Part shown: positions 36,489-50,202 of the stretch, piece by piece
Numbering within the stretch: the stretch's first letter is position 1
How the letters are laid out: each line of letters opens with the position of its first letter
Assembly (NCBI GenBank): GCA_907165135.1
Contig: OU015568.1
Span: 12,090,001 to 12,154,000 of the forward strand
Reading direction: 5' to 3'
Source: Oikopleura dioica
Taxonomy: Eukaryota; Animalia; Chordata
DNA: 64,000 nucleotides
The notes under the pieces: generated by a model
Told to the model about the DNA's origin: nothing
What the model saw: only the letters and a program-made list of their open reading frames with translations
The model's database searches: none
Position numbers and translations under genes: made by a program

Positions 36489-37297
36489 ATGGCTTGTAGA
36501 GGATACGTGTGCATTTTAACAACGCTCTGTAGTATCCAGCTTGCTTTAGCAGTGGCAGTTCTGGGCATGTCAATCTATGCGTTTGCTCAAGCACCTGTAC
36601 CAGAGAATACCGCGCCCATCGTTGGATTGTGCGTTTCTTGCCTTGCAGCTGGGACCAGTATTTTCGGAATCCTCGGAACAATTTGTGGCAAACGACTGAT
36701 GGTTATTTCACATGGCCTGTGCACGATTTTTGTCATCGTTGTAGCTGCTGTTGGCCTTGTTCTTTCTTCGCTCGCTGCTGCTCAAGTCAGCTATTTCCAA
36801 GGACTCGTCCTCAAAATTCAGGTATTTCGAAAACCCATGTCACCTTGATAATTTTGGCTATTTAGGAAAATCTGATCGACAATGCTGTTATCCCGGATCA
36901 AATGAACGCGATCGAGATTGACAAGGACTCTGATCAAGAAGATCGAGCTGGACTATTTTATGATGGCTTTGACGTTCCAGATCAGTACTTTTATTTAGGA
37001 AAGGGTTGAAGAATTTAACATATTTTCATATAAAAAAAGAAGAGTGGATTAAAACCCTTTTTCAAAGACGAGTTTTACTACAACCAAATGTTCGAAAACA
37101 TCACCGTCGACTTGAAGTCAACTGACCCCGAAGATCTGGACCCTGAACCAATTGAAATTATTCTTCTCTCTCCTACTCAACGGCAGTATACGATCTTAGC
37201 AGCTATCGTCTTCGCTTTTACTTTCATTATCTACGCCTTATCTGGCTATTGTGCATTTTCATATGTTCGAAACTTTGGTGAACTTATCGTACTGTAA
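36489..37297 (+). CDS. Four-TM tetraspanin-like membrane protein
   Basis: Three hydrophobic helices in ORF 36489..36848, an acidic loop, and a fourth helix YTILAAIVFAFTFIIYALSGYCAF in ORF 37088..37297. Confidence 0.62.
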
Positions 37298-37336
37298 ATA
37301 AATTGTGGACAATCAAGTGCTGAAGAGAGTTTATTC

Positions 37337-40300
37337 TTAGTAAAGATAATAATAATCAAAAGTTTCGATAGGACAAAGTTCCGTTTCACATGGTTCGCTT
37401 GTATGAATTTTGTAAAAAGTATTCGTGAGTTTCCAGCTTGCGAAGTCACCAACCGGCACTCTCTCTCGTGAACGGGAGGATTGACCACAAGTTGCGCTAA
37501 AAAATGACGAAAAATAACATTCCCTATTTCGAACCTGCATTCGCCCCATTCTGTCCAACTTGAAAAGGCACATTTAGGAATCGGCGGAATCGCCAGCCAC
37601 TCTGCGGCAGTATCTTTGCGGGTCATCGGAACAACTCTGATGGACCCTCTTGCTGACAAGTAAAAATTACCACCAGGGACGAGAATTCGCGTCCATGGAA
37701 TATCCCCAACGTCTTCGATCAACATTTCGAACATCGTCAACTCTTCTTCTCGGGGACCGAATCCTTCCATCCCATACATTGTAAGATGCTTTTTGTAATC
37801 ATCACTGTATCCCATGTAAAATTCGCCCGAATTAGTTGTGAACTTTAACCGAACATTTTGGAAATCAGATGATTCTGGCGTGTCAAAACAAGTGAGGGTA
37901 AGAGTGGAGTCAATATCGTCGTAGAAACGCATTGTGTCAACCATGTCTGTTATACCATTTTGCATACCTAGACGAAAATGTTATCAATAAATCTATAAAA
38001 ATGTGAAAAACCTAGAAAAGCTGTTTCTTTGATTGAATAAAGCATAATGTCAGTGCCACAAAGATCTTTCATTGACGGCTGAGAAGTTTTGACACAATAT
38101 TCTGGCTCAATGTACTCCTTTGTTGTCGTCGTTGTCGAGGTAGTTGTTGTTGTTGATGTTGTGGAAGTGGAAGTAGTGCTGGTAGAAGTAGTCGTAGTTG
38201 TTGTAGATGTTGTTGTTGTGGTACTCGTTGTTGATGTTGTCGTTGTGGTCGTTGTAGTACTTGATGTTGATGTAGTCGATGTTGTAGTTGTCGTTGAGGT
38301 CGTCGATGTCGTAGTTGTTGTGGTTGTGGTGGTGGTTGTAGTTGTCGAGGTAGTTGAAGTAGATGTTGTAGTAGATGTTGTACTTGTCGTAGTTGTAGTC
38401 GTAGTTGTAGTCGTTGTCGTAGGCCAATTTCAATAAGAAGTTGAAAACTTAAAACCAAAAACCCCCCTTATTTTAGCTCATTGGAAAGAGCATGAAAAGT
38501 TATTCCAGAAAAAGTAGTCTTGTATGCTGAGTCATGTCCGATGACGTCACAGACATTGATTGAAGTTCCAAAAGTCCCAAAACTTTCGGACGCTCTCATT
38601 TTTATTCTACTGAAGGAAAATTAGAGCTCGAAGATGAAAAATGATCGTCTTACGCTCCTTTATGCAGGCCTGCAGAAATATATCTTATCAATAATGTAAA
38701 ACTATTTTTTCTAGAGATGTAAAAATTTTTTCGACTCAAATTTTTTTCATTTATGGTTGCCTGCGTAGAGTGGCCTAAGACGGTCAAAACCCTGTATCTA
38801 ATGTTTTTTTCCGAAAAATATTTTAGGAATAAGAGCGTCCGAAAGTTTAGAAAATCTGGGACTTAAGTCATCGATAATGACGTCATAATCTATGACTAAG
38901 TCACTTTACCTAATGTTTTCTAGTGTAACTTTTTATGGGGATTCCAATCAGACAATAAAAAGGGGGGCTTAGGATTTGAAATTTCTACTCCTTATTAAAA
39001 TTGGCCGTAGTCGTAGTTGTAGTTGTGCTTGTGGTGGTCGTTGTTGTTGATGTGGATGTCGTCGTGGAGGTTGTAGTTGTCGGTTCTACAGTTGCTTCTG
39101 TAGTCTCGTTTGTAGGAGAACGTCCAAAATCTTGTGGCTTTGGTGCGAATGCAATCGTTTCATTGGTGCATTCGTCCTCGGAACAAGTTATATTTCGTTT
39201 TCGCTCGCCTTCGCATTCTCCGTCCAGAATGCCACAGATAATGATACAATCTCGCTCCTCTACTGCCTCACAGCTCTCATCGCAATCGGTCGTTTGCCTC
39301 CAATCACTCCATACAGTGTACGCTTGTTGATTGCAAGGCCTTGAGATGGAGTGAAAATCAAGGAATATAACTTACTTACTTTGTTTCCACATCATTTATT
39401 CTATTGCCAGTGCACGTTTGAATACGCTGACTTTCTCCGCCACAACTTGAAGCAGAACATTCCGTCCAATCAGACCAAACACAGTCCTCTCAAAAGACTC
39501 TTTAGTAAACGTAGACTTACTCTAAGTACCGCATAATATCTCGTCCCCATAATTATCTAATGCAATACAGGGCTCGTTGTCTTCCTCAAGCATTCCGTAG
39601 CAGAACCTTCTTCTCTGTCTGAATCCATTTCCACAAACAGCGTCACAAGCATCCCATTCCGTCCAATCTGACTCACATCGAGTCGATTTGAAAGCATGGC
39701 AGTTTGCATCTCTAATGATATTTACTCCCAAAGTAGTTCGCTTTTTCACATTTTCGCGTGAACTGGCTGACCGAGGAACTTTCATCAATTGTGGATAAGA
39801 AAATCCATCAATGAATCTTCTGTGCTTAGCTTCATACTCGATTCTTGCTTCAGATTTACTCGGAAAATCATGAATTTTCCATAAATCTCTACCAACGCAA
39901 GGGCTACTCTCGCGGCAATGCGAACCAATAAGGCGATCCGATTCGTGATCCTGCAGTTCCTGTTAACTAGAATGCTTTCTTGGCTACCTTGATAAGTTTG
40001 AGATTGTAAGGCTCATTGTACAGAACGGCTACGTTTTCTCCATCCTCTGGGTTGCAGCAAATGGTCCACAGAGAGTCATCCGAGGGTTCGATGTTGTGCG
40101 ATATGGAACGATATGTGACTTTACTATCGTTCTCATTCTGAAAAAAATTTTGTTGCTTTATTCTCAACAAGCAAACCTTGTTTCTTTTTAATGTAAGGGC
40201 CCTTCTACGGTGATTAGTCAGCTGGACGACTTTATTGCAAATTGTCGCTTTCCATCGGATTTTTAAATGATATTTCATTCGATATAATTTCTTTTATCCG

Positions 40301-41521
40301 CTTCCTGATGAACATGCAACTTCTTTTTCCGCCTTCCCCACGCACTCTCTGTTACACGAAGGATCCTGGTTCTCCAAAACAATGCACTGTCTTATAAGTT
40401 TGCATCCCGAATCGTCTCTCTGCCAGTCAGACCATTCAGGTGGAGTACAAGCAGTACAATCAGCCGATTCTGAAGTCTGCTCGCTTATGTGATAGTTGGG
40501 ATGTTTGTCAAGGAAATACATGTCGCATTTTGAAGATACGTGCCGACTTCGAGTTCGTTTGCCATTTTCTTTGCACGACGACCAACTGTTCCAATCGTGG
40601 TTTTTAATGGTTTCGACCAAAGGACAAGTTTGATACTCAATGAGTGGTTCAACGCAGTTGGCGTCGTTTTTGCACTCTCGTCTACGGCTTTGATTGCATA
40701 TTCCTTCATGACATGTGCCCCAGCTCGACCACTCCGACTGACCAAGATTTAAAATCAGCGATCATTTCATTAACACTAAGAGATCATCAAATCTTTGTAG
40801 CCCTAAATATGCATCTTCAGTATTCATCATCTCGAATTTGAACCCAGTTCCTCTGTTATATTTGCAAGGTGCTGTCGTAAGTATTCCTCCGGCGATCCAC
40901 TCTGTCATACAGTGAAGACTCGTTGATCTTCAGTTTGTTGAAGTTTATATTTTTTTATGTTTAATGCTTCTTACTTGGTTTTCTGGGCAGAAGAGATAAC
41001 GTAAAGACCGGAATCAGCTCCGGCGTCGTCTTCGATGATTTTCCAGTAAGAATTTTTTGAAATATGGTCTTCAGATTTCAACTCGACGCCACTTTTTTGG
41101 ACTAAGCGCAAGATTTTCGCTGCCATTTAAAACAAAAACTCAAAGACGATTTATTACTCCATTCCCATAGTTCTTCCAACGCAGATTTCTATTATTTTCT
41201 GACGTGAATATAAACTTTGTGGTGCTGCCTTGTTTGTCAGTCTTGCAGTTGACATACCATTTGAATCCTGGGCCGACATTTTGCTTGAAAATAAAACATG
41301 GAGAATCTACCTAGGCTTAAAAACTCACATCAATCAGTCGCGGACGCGTCCCGCCGAGATCGCCATTTAGGTATTTTTCCGAGTCTGTCTTTATAAATAT
41401 CTCTTAATTTCTCGTATATTTGTTGGTTATTTCTCTAAAATTCTCTACCTTTATTACATAAATATGTCACATCAAAAGCTTTGCAAGTCTCTATAAAAAA
41501 CCAAGACGAGAAAAGTCTCAT
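37337..41521 (-). CDS. Secreted thrombospondin type-1 repeat protein with Thr/Ser-rich mucin stalk, interrupted by a MITE
   Basis: Signal-like MRLFSSWFFIETCKA at 41521; TSP1 motifs (WNSWSSC..RTRSR, WTEWDACDAVCGNGFRQRRR, WTEWGECSATCGQSSRSRER); long Thr/Ser codon run at about 38120-39100. Confidence 0.78.
38422..39006. mobile_element. 585 bp MITE, PIF/Harbinger-like, inserted in the Thr-coding run
   Basis: TIR GGCCAATTTCAATAAG / CTTATTAAAATTGGCC (15/16); 3 bp TSD GTA (38419-38421, 39007-39009), though a 5 bp CGTAG parse is also possible; long imperfect internal inverted arms. Confidence 0.85.
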
Positions 41522-41804
41522 TTTCAGGTTCAGGGTTGAGAAAAGGGACCTAGCGGAGAAATTAGAACTCAATGTTTGTTTAGATCAGAGAATGGAAAAG
41601 CCTAGAGAAGTCGAAGACTGAGATACGGTAATTTTTTTCGTTTCGAAATTTTATCCTGCGTAACGAAATAAATCTCTTTAAATCTATTTCAGCAATAAAA
41701 TTGAAATAGTTTTGGAAGGTGTTGTGGTCTGAGAAACTTTAAGTTTATTTGTTTTGCATCAAATATGTTCTTTGTTTGTATTAAAAGCTTATACAGAAAT
41801 GCTT

Positions 41805-44016
41805 TAGTCGACAGCTACATAGTTGCATTCTGTCTTTGGCGTGAAGTGTCGGTTCACCGCGGTCATTGGTTTCTTTGGAGGGTCCATCAAGGCAAGGAGG
41901 TTTTTGTAAGGACAAACTCGAAGAGCTGAATTATTTTAGCAATATTTCTTTTCGGAGAAAACTTACGTATACTCTGATATCGACGCACAAGAGGTTCGGG
42001 AGCAATGAGTTCGTGAGTGACTGGGAAAGTTGTAAGCAAAACAACGAACCAGACGATTTCGTTTTTCTTAATAAATTTTAATAAAAATCTAAGAGGACCA
42101 TATCACCTCCTCTCGTCGCTCAATATTGATGACAGCAACAACTCCTTGAATTTCCAATAAAATTTTCTCCAATTTGTCTTTCTGGAGCCACTGAATTCAA
42201 ATTTCTGATACTGAAATCAAGGAAGAGCACAGACCTCGAATTTTCTTCCTTCTACATTTCGCTCAAAAATTTGCGTTAAAAAGTATCCCCTTGCATTTCT
42301 ATTCCGGTCCTCAAGTTGCAATAGTACTTTCAGTCTTTGCAAAAGTAGTTCTTTTTCACCATCTACCGGCATTCCTCTATAATTATTGAGTTATGAATAC
42401 ATAATATTTTGATGCCGTTACCGTATACGCATGTTGAATTGAAGATCTTCGTAGGTTAATATTGGCAAATTTTCAAAGTTCCCTCGTTTCAAAGCATTAT
42501 TAAGACGATCAGGAGTGTTCGGATTATCATAACGCGGTCGCACAGCCCGTGCGGACGAGAACTGTCTCGGAGGTGGATTTCTATCTGTAAATTGTCTTGG
42601 CGGTGGTGGTCCAAGTTCTATGGCCACTGGCCTTGGCCCTCTAGGATCTACTTGTTGACCATATTTCGGAACCATTGGTTGCGGTGTGTGCCTATTAGCG
42701 ATAAAAATTGTCATAAAATTCAGGTATACCGTTGAATAAATCGATTATCTGGTGTCCATTCTCTCTTGACTGGCCTCTCTGCTTTTGAGGGAGAAACTAG
42801 TGGAGCAGGACGATTTACAAAAGCAGGTGGCGGGGGCAAGTACGGAGCTGGTACTTCAGCGTTTACTTCTTGTTTGACATCCGCAGAGGGGGCGGTGAAC
42901 GATTCAGGGGGAGAACGAGTTGCAGTGCCGCGAAGCCGCCTTGCCACTTGTTCATAATGTTCTCTTTTAAAGAGTTTTCTAACCATAAGATTTATTCTTA
43001 AAATGGCACGTCTTGTTCTGTCTCTGTTTTCAGCCAATACAGACGCTTGAATTCGAAACTCTGCCTTGAAGAACTATGCCTCTTTTTAGGCTCTTCGTCT
43101 TCGCAGAAGAACATATCACACACCTTACAGTAATATCCCTGCACATTAACTATCAGATGTTGAGCGAATGGCTCTTGATTGTATCCATTCAATTCAAGAT
43201 CTAGTTCATCAGGTTTAATTGCCAATTCGCTCGGCATTGTCATTTTTGGACGCATAAAAGCAGCAAGCTGGTCAGCTACAGTGAAAGGATTGACGATGCC
43301 AGTCGATGAGCTCGGAGCCTCCTCATCGATTTCCCCTGGGATTTTGAATGTTTCACGATAATGAGTTGATTTGTTTGTAGACCTACAGATTGTAAATGCA
43401 GGTAAAGAAACAGATAAACTTACGAGAAGTCACTGATAATTCCTATCAAATCACCATCTTCATCAAAGTTTTCATCATCCAGGTTAACATCATCCGCAAA
43501 AGGATGGACAACCGTCTTCGTGACTTCCTGCTTCATTTCAAAAGGAGCAGGAGCGAATATGCGCTTCTGCATTCTTGGATGGGCCTTTCGGAAAAGAAAT
43601 TCTTCTTTCGGTGCAGGCTTTACCGGCCGATTCACTTGTGGAGAAATCGTTCTTTTTGCTCTCGGATCGCGAGGGTCCATAGGTTTGCCTTCCTTCCGCT
43701 TCCTCCTTGAAAAGTGATCAAAAATGGAACAAAAAGAGAAAAGGGGACCTTCGTTCAGATTCGACTCTCTTAGCCTCATCTTCACTTTCCATTTTTTGTA
43801 GCTGTTGATTAAGGAAATTCAGCCTTTCCTTGATAGGATCCCTGCGCATCGATAACAAACAGTGAAATCATAAAGGAGTACAGCATCCTCAAAATCCGCT
43901 TCATGAAGTCTTTCTCGCGCAGAAGTAGAGAGGCTACCAATTTCACCGAAAATGTGTGAATAGAAGGTGACATAAAACGCCTGTTCAACGTCAGATGCCT
44001 GCGCGATCTCGGCCAT
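41805..44016 (-). CDS. Nuclear protein with matrin-type zinc finger and SAP-like motif; 3' end approximate
   Basis: VQGYYCKVCDMFFCEDEEPKKRH resembles the matrin-3 C-terminal finger; spliced LTYEDLQFNMRIR|GMPVDGEKELLLQRLK resembles SAP; Pro/Arg-rich linkers. Confidence 0.6.
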
Positions 44017-44467
44017 TTCTGATTATTCAAGTGGGGCCATCTCTACTCGAGGATACTTCGAGGGTTGATGGACCCACTTTTCAGTATTTTCGGGTGCCTT
44101 TGCGGTAATTTTGAGTTGCTTTGAAAAAAGAAATATGGTTTGCGGAAAAATATTTTCTATCGATGTTCCTGACACTCATGATCTCAATGATCTAAGAACA
44201 GAAATACTCTGAAAGAATAAGAATTGATAGAAAAAGTTCTTTCAAGAGTTCATTAAGCTCGACGCAGTTTAGTTTTATATTCTACAGATGTAAAGGGGCA
44301 CAGGAATAAAGCAGTGAAAGCAACTTTGGCACTTGAAAATTTTTTCTGAAATTCGGCGGAATTCTTCACGGACGGATTTCTCTGAATGCAGAAGTGGCTG
44401 GTCAAGAGGCCGCGGCAAATCAACAAATTAGACCTTCGAGTTGTTCATTTCACTTTGACTTTGCTCG

Positions 44468-46046
44468 ATGAAGATTGCGAGGAGTATATTTCGCAGTATT
44501 CTTTTTTTCCAGCTCGTTGAGTCGCAAGAGAGAAGGTTCGGTGATCATCTAAAATGCATATTTTACTTCTTAGAACGTCTTTATTCACTGAGGAGCAAGC
44601 TCAGAGGCTGGTTGATGAGCACAATTACTATCGGCGATTTCAGAATGCTTCAGACATGGAAATGATGATTTGGGATCAGGACTTGGGTAAGTTTTTTTAA
44701 GAACTGAGTAATTCACCGTTAACTTTAGCGGATGCGGCTCAAGAATGGGTAGAGAGCTGCGAGTGCTCCGCATTATGTGAACATGGCTTTTCTCCTGATA
44801 CTAGTGGTCGATACGGAAACAAGCCTTGGTTTCATCTTGGGTTCAATGACGAGCAAAGATTTGGACAAAATTTGTATTTTTCTTTTATGGACAACGAAAC
44901 TATCACAAGTGACCCGATACGCCAGTGGCACGGGGAGATAAGAGCGTATAGTTATGGATCGCGAACTTTTTTAGGTAGTATAAATTTCATTCAAATTTGA
45001 ATTTATTATTCTGTAAGCGCCTGAGCTTGGAAGGCAAACTGACGAACAGTGCCGACCTGGTGCAGTTTGTGGCCACTACACGGCACTTGTGTGGTCGACC
45101 TCGACTCGCGTCGGTTGCGGGTACACTTTTTGCGTGCGGAGAGCACTTTATGGTAAAAATAAACTAAGGTATCATGTTTGCGAGGGAATGACGAATGTCA
45201 ATTGTCATTATGGCCCGCCTGGTAATAAGGGAATAATGCCCGTCGGAATTGGAAGGAAACCGTTTCGCAAAGGTGGGCAATCTTGTGAGGACTGTGAATC
45301 TGGCCATGGATGGGTAAGGAAAATCATCGAAGTGCTTGTTGTCTATTTTTAGTGTGATGATGGTCTTTGCATTGAATGTCCCGATGGAAATTGCGACTGC
45401 CCGATAGAATGCAAAAACTGTGGAATTCTGGACGAGGACACCTGTCAATGCATTTGTGCACCAGGATGGGATGGAATTGCGTGCCAAAGACCTTGCGATA
45501 ATATGGAAGAATCCTGTGGAGCTAGCCCTGGAGTACCGCTTAGGTAAAGAATAGTGATAGACAATCTTTAATTTTCCAAGCATGGCTTGCACAACCGATG
45601 AATACCCACGATTCCCGAATTTTCTCTGCCGCCACGCTTGTGATTATTGTCAGTCTGTTGACCGTAAGAAACAAAGCTTACTGTGAGTTTTACATTTTAT
45701 AGAGGCAACAACTGTGTCGTCACTTTGTTGTGGTGGAAAATTGTGCTATAATGAGGGCTACTTGGACGAAGAAAATTGTGAATGTGTTTGTCCGTATGGA
45801 GGGCGTTCTGAAGGTATTGATAGGTTTAAACTTGACCGAGGACAACTTAACTAAGACTGCAAGACTGAAGAAATGCTAACCACGAAAGCACCAGAACCTG
45901 ATCGACAAAACAACTCCGAAAAAGGAGGAAAGTCAGTAGCTTCTCAACAAGCACATGATGATCCCGAGTCACAAAAACAGATCAGCGGCTGTAATGGGAT
46001 GAAGTTCTCAGTTTTCATGGTCACTGTATCTTATTTGTTCGCATAG
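44468..46046 (+). CDS. CAP (SCP/CRISP) domain protein with EGF-like and Cys-rich C-terminal modules, possible GPI signal
   Basis: HNYYRR..DMEMMIWD, FGQNL, CGHYTALVWSTSTRVGCG, CHYGPPGN; EGF-like CICAPGWDGIAC; hydrophobic C-terminus, stop 46044-46046. Confidence 0.85.
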
Positions 46047-46349
46047 TCTGTTATAACTTATAAGTTATGACTCAATAAATTCTATTTTTCTATGAATTGG
46101 ACTCATGAAAACGAATCGATGGCTGAACACGCCCTCCATTTTAGCTTGATTGAATCTCAACTTTGATGTTACTTTCAATTTCTTAATTGCGCCAAAGGCG
46201 CGGGATGAAGTCATTACAGAGTCCAAAAACGTAGGGCGAAAGAGAAATAACTTGGAATTATCATGTACACACCTTCGAGTTTCTCGACTTTTGGAAAATA
46301 CGAAGATGATAAATATGAATCCGGAGGAGGTAAAACTAACTAAAACCCA

Positions 46350-49300
46350 ATGATAGAAAGGCGGAATTCAGTTTCTGATTCGATGTACAGCTCGATGGGA
46401 GGTGATGTAAAAAGACCTTATGCTCCGCCAAGACCTCGACAAAAATTCACAAGCGTCTCTCAAAGCCACTATGAAAGCGATTACACGGACGACGGAGAAT
46501 TCTACGCAGAAAACGATCCCTACGCTGGACATGAACGGTACATTCATTAATTAGTCTGAAATAACTTTTTGTCGCGTGGTAATCATCTCTTGAATATTTA
46601 ATCACTAGCGGCATTATATCATATCATCCCGATGAGTACTACGACGAAGTATACAGCGATTCTCATTATCAGGTCAATTATGACATAATATAAACTTTTC
46701 GTTAAGAGCGCTAGAGAGCGGCAGAAAAATCAGACGGTATTCGACTTTTCAATTTTTATATTTAGGGCGGATTGCCGCCGCCACAAGCTGCGCACCCGAA
46801 CCTTCACCACCAGTTATTGTTGTTAAAACTTTCATTTTTGTGACAGGCGGGCACACTCGACTAAGCGAACCGACATGACAGTCCATGTTGGAAATCAGCA
46901 GAGCTACGACAGGGAGAGTCTAAGGTTTGATCCAGAACGCAGAATGCGCGAAATATAGTAAGAGGTTTATTTCAGATCGCTCGAAATAAGAATCAACCCT
47001 GATAGAGAAAATTCTATTTATGCGAAAGCTTCTCAGCTGAGAACTCACATGTTTGAAGGGTTCGCAGTCCCTTCGCCTTTTGGCTTCGGGACTAGGTATA
47101 AAAGAGTTATCAACAATAGTCAGCACGTGTCATTTAATTCAACGAAGAATGCTTTCTCCCAAACTGTGTCTGAATCGAAAACCCGAAAACCAGCTCCTCA
47201 AACAGGTAAGAACATTATCATCATTTATTCTACCGCTGTTTAGGAGGAGCTATGGTGGCAACCGGAAACTTTATCATCATACTGATTATTCTCCTTTTAC
47301 TATTGGTTGGATCATTAGTCGCCCTAACATTCATGACAATCCGATACAAAAAAGTACTCGAGAAAGGGCCGAAGATCACCAAAGAAGTAGTGAACAAGGT
47401 CAGATACAAAACGCTAATCGATGAAACCTGCGAGAACAAAGGTAACGCGCTACACACTTTTAAAGGCTTTAAAACGCACTATGCAGATTGCATTCGGACA
47501 GCGAACCACATTGTCTCCAATATTGACGCCGCTGTCGACCCGTGTGAGGATTTTTACGAGTATGCCTGCGGCGAGTGGTTTGAAAATAATCGAATTAGGA
47601 AAGGGTTTAACTTTTGAAAAGTCTTAAATTTATGATATTCAATTATTTTCTCCTTTGAAAGTGCGGGTGACTACAAATACTCAGTTTGGACGAAGATAGA
47701 ACAAGCTAATGAAAAGCTGTTACACGAGCTTCTCATCCAGCCTGGCCCAGAACCAGAAGAGGACATGGCAATGGTTCGGAAGGCAAAGCAGCTTTATGAA
47801 GATTGCCGCCAAGAAAACGAGCTAACTCGAATTGGGCTCGACCCATTGGTACTCGATATAATGGCTCTGGGCGGGTGGCAGCCATTAGGGAACTGGGATA
47901 AGAGTCGCTGGGATTTTCAGAAACTCTTACTTGAAGTTATTGGTCTTCATTCCTCCAGTGCGCTCTTTCTGATCACGACGATGAGAGATCCGATTTTGAC
48001 TGACCGATATTCCCTGGTTATCCGCCCTGGTGGTCTCACTTTGCCAGGGCTTAACTTTTACCTTCAATCCCACACTGATTCTGGCTACGCTCGGGGCAAT
48101 GAAAAAGGACTGGACCAGTACACTATCGCATACAGAAAAGCTGTTGACTCGGTAATAAAACTTCTTGGAGGAAAAGGAGAACAAGATGTTGTTGACCAGA
48201 TAGTATTCTTTGAAAGAGAGTTGGCAAATTTAACGGCGAGGGTTCCGTATGATACACAAAGGTTATCAGCTCAAAATTTGAACGAGATTCTTCCGTCAAT
48301 TGGTAATTTAATTTATTCGTTTTGCCTTTAATAGTTATTCAGACTGGCCTTGGTTCATGAGAGAGCTAGTGGAGCTTGGAGGAATAAGCTTCGAAAATCT
48401 GGGCGAGCTAAAGATTTTAGTGAGCTCTGTGACCTACTTGAAGAAATTATCCATTCTGATCAGCGAGACTCCGGTGGAGACACTGCATAATTATCTTATT
48501 TGGAGAATCGTGGTGTCTAAAACTCCGTATCTGACCATGGATTTTCGTCATATCTTCGATAAGACGAGCTATGCCATTATGAGAGGCAATTTTACGGTAA
48601 GAAGTTAATGCGTTCCAAATTTACTTATACATATACTGACTTTGAAAATGGCATCTCTTGTTAAATGATGATTTTATAAGTGATATAAAAATAAAAACAG
48701 ATACATATATTATGCATAAAGAGACATTGTCTGTTAGAATATTTTGATCTCGAAAGTCCTAAGCTATCAATCAAAAATAAGTTCGTCCGCCAACAAATTC
48801 TCTTCATTAAAATTAAATTCAGCCAAACCCACGATGGAAAACCTGTGTTAACGAAGTCGTCAGCCATTTTCCGCATACTATCGGATACATGTTCACACAA
48901 AAAACCTTCCCAAAAAGTGCGAAAAATAATGTCAAGTCAATTATCCAGATGCTGAAAGATTCATTTATTGAAAACCTGAAGAACATCACCTGGATGGACC
49001 CTCAATCGAAAAATTCTACTATTGATAAGCTGAACGCGATCAACTTTAAAATTGGGTACCCAGATTTTTATGACGAGTTTCCTGAGAAACTAGCAAGTCT
49101 GGTCGAGTTCGACGTCATCCCTGGGGATTATTACACGAACATAAGAAGATCTAACGAACATCGTGTGATGCTGAATATGAGACGCTTGCAAAGGTAAGCA
49201 TCATCTATAATTATCTCTGCGAACTTTCTTAATCCAGTCCAATCGGTAAAGATGACTGGGAGTCGTCGCCTTACACTCGTGATGCTTACTACGCGGTCCG

Positions 49301-50011
49301 TGCGAACGAAGTCATCTTCCCCGCTGGTGTTCTTCAGCCCCCTCTCTACAGTCACAACAGCCCTTCAGCAGTCAACTTTGGAGCAGTTGGATCACTACTC
49401 GCGCATGAAATTTTCCACGCATTTGATAGCTACGGTGCGGGCTTCGATGCAGAGGGGAATTCGAAAAACTTGTGGACCGATGATACAACGAAAAAATTTC
49501 AAATCGATTCTTCATGCGTGAAAACTTCGTATCAAGACTATCTGCTTGAAACTGAACAGGTAAAATTGTTCAAAATCGCCAGTAGAAATGAAAGTTTCAG
49601 TCATTTGAAACGCAAGTATTGCAGACAACCCTTTTCGAGAACCTGGCGGACATGGGTGGCGTCCACATATCGAAAATGGCCTTCGATGAGTACAAGCGAA
49701 TAAACAACATAAAAAATGAGATCGGTCTGCCAGGATTGAATGAGACAACGCAAGACCAGGTGTTTTTCATCTCCTTTGGGCAAGCTTGGTGCTCAAAAAT
49801 GCCGTATCCAACTTATTTGGAACTGCAAATGAGACAGGATCCTCATGCGCAAGAAAGATTTAGGGTGGTTAGTTCGCTGAAACACGCAACGGACTTTTCG
49901 GATGCTTTTAAGGTTTGAAATTTACTCGAAAAAAGATCATGACAAATTAAGTGCCCTGCGGAATCGCGAATGAATGTGCCAGATGAAAAAAAATGTCGGA
50001 TTTGGGGCTAG
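46350..50011 (+). CDS. M13 zinc metallopeptidase (neprilysin/ECE family), type II membrane
   Basis: TM IIILIILLLLLVGSLVAL; DPCEDFYEYACG; KLNAINFKIGYPD; NEVIFPAGVLQPP; HEIFHAFD (HExxH); ENLADMGG; DPH..RFRV. Confidence 0.93.
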
Positions 50012-50202
50012 AAAATCTATTTCTTTCCATAAAAGACTGTAAAAATTAAAACAGGTTCCGAAATAAATTGAAATTCCAAAATAACTGGGTGTTGTAGTTA
50101 TAAAATCACGTGATGTTTTTGAGGATGCATGAAATTCTCTAGAACAGGGATGGGATGAGCATATTTTGAAGATGAATACGATCAGTTAGGAAAAGTTCTT
50201 AA

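Noticed and set aside
38069-39330. Poly-Val, Tyr/Asn-rich and Gln/Leu-rich ORFs
   Set aside because: Alternative frames of the ACN threonine-codon run in the TSP1 gene.
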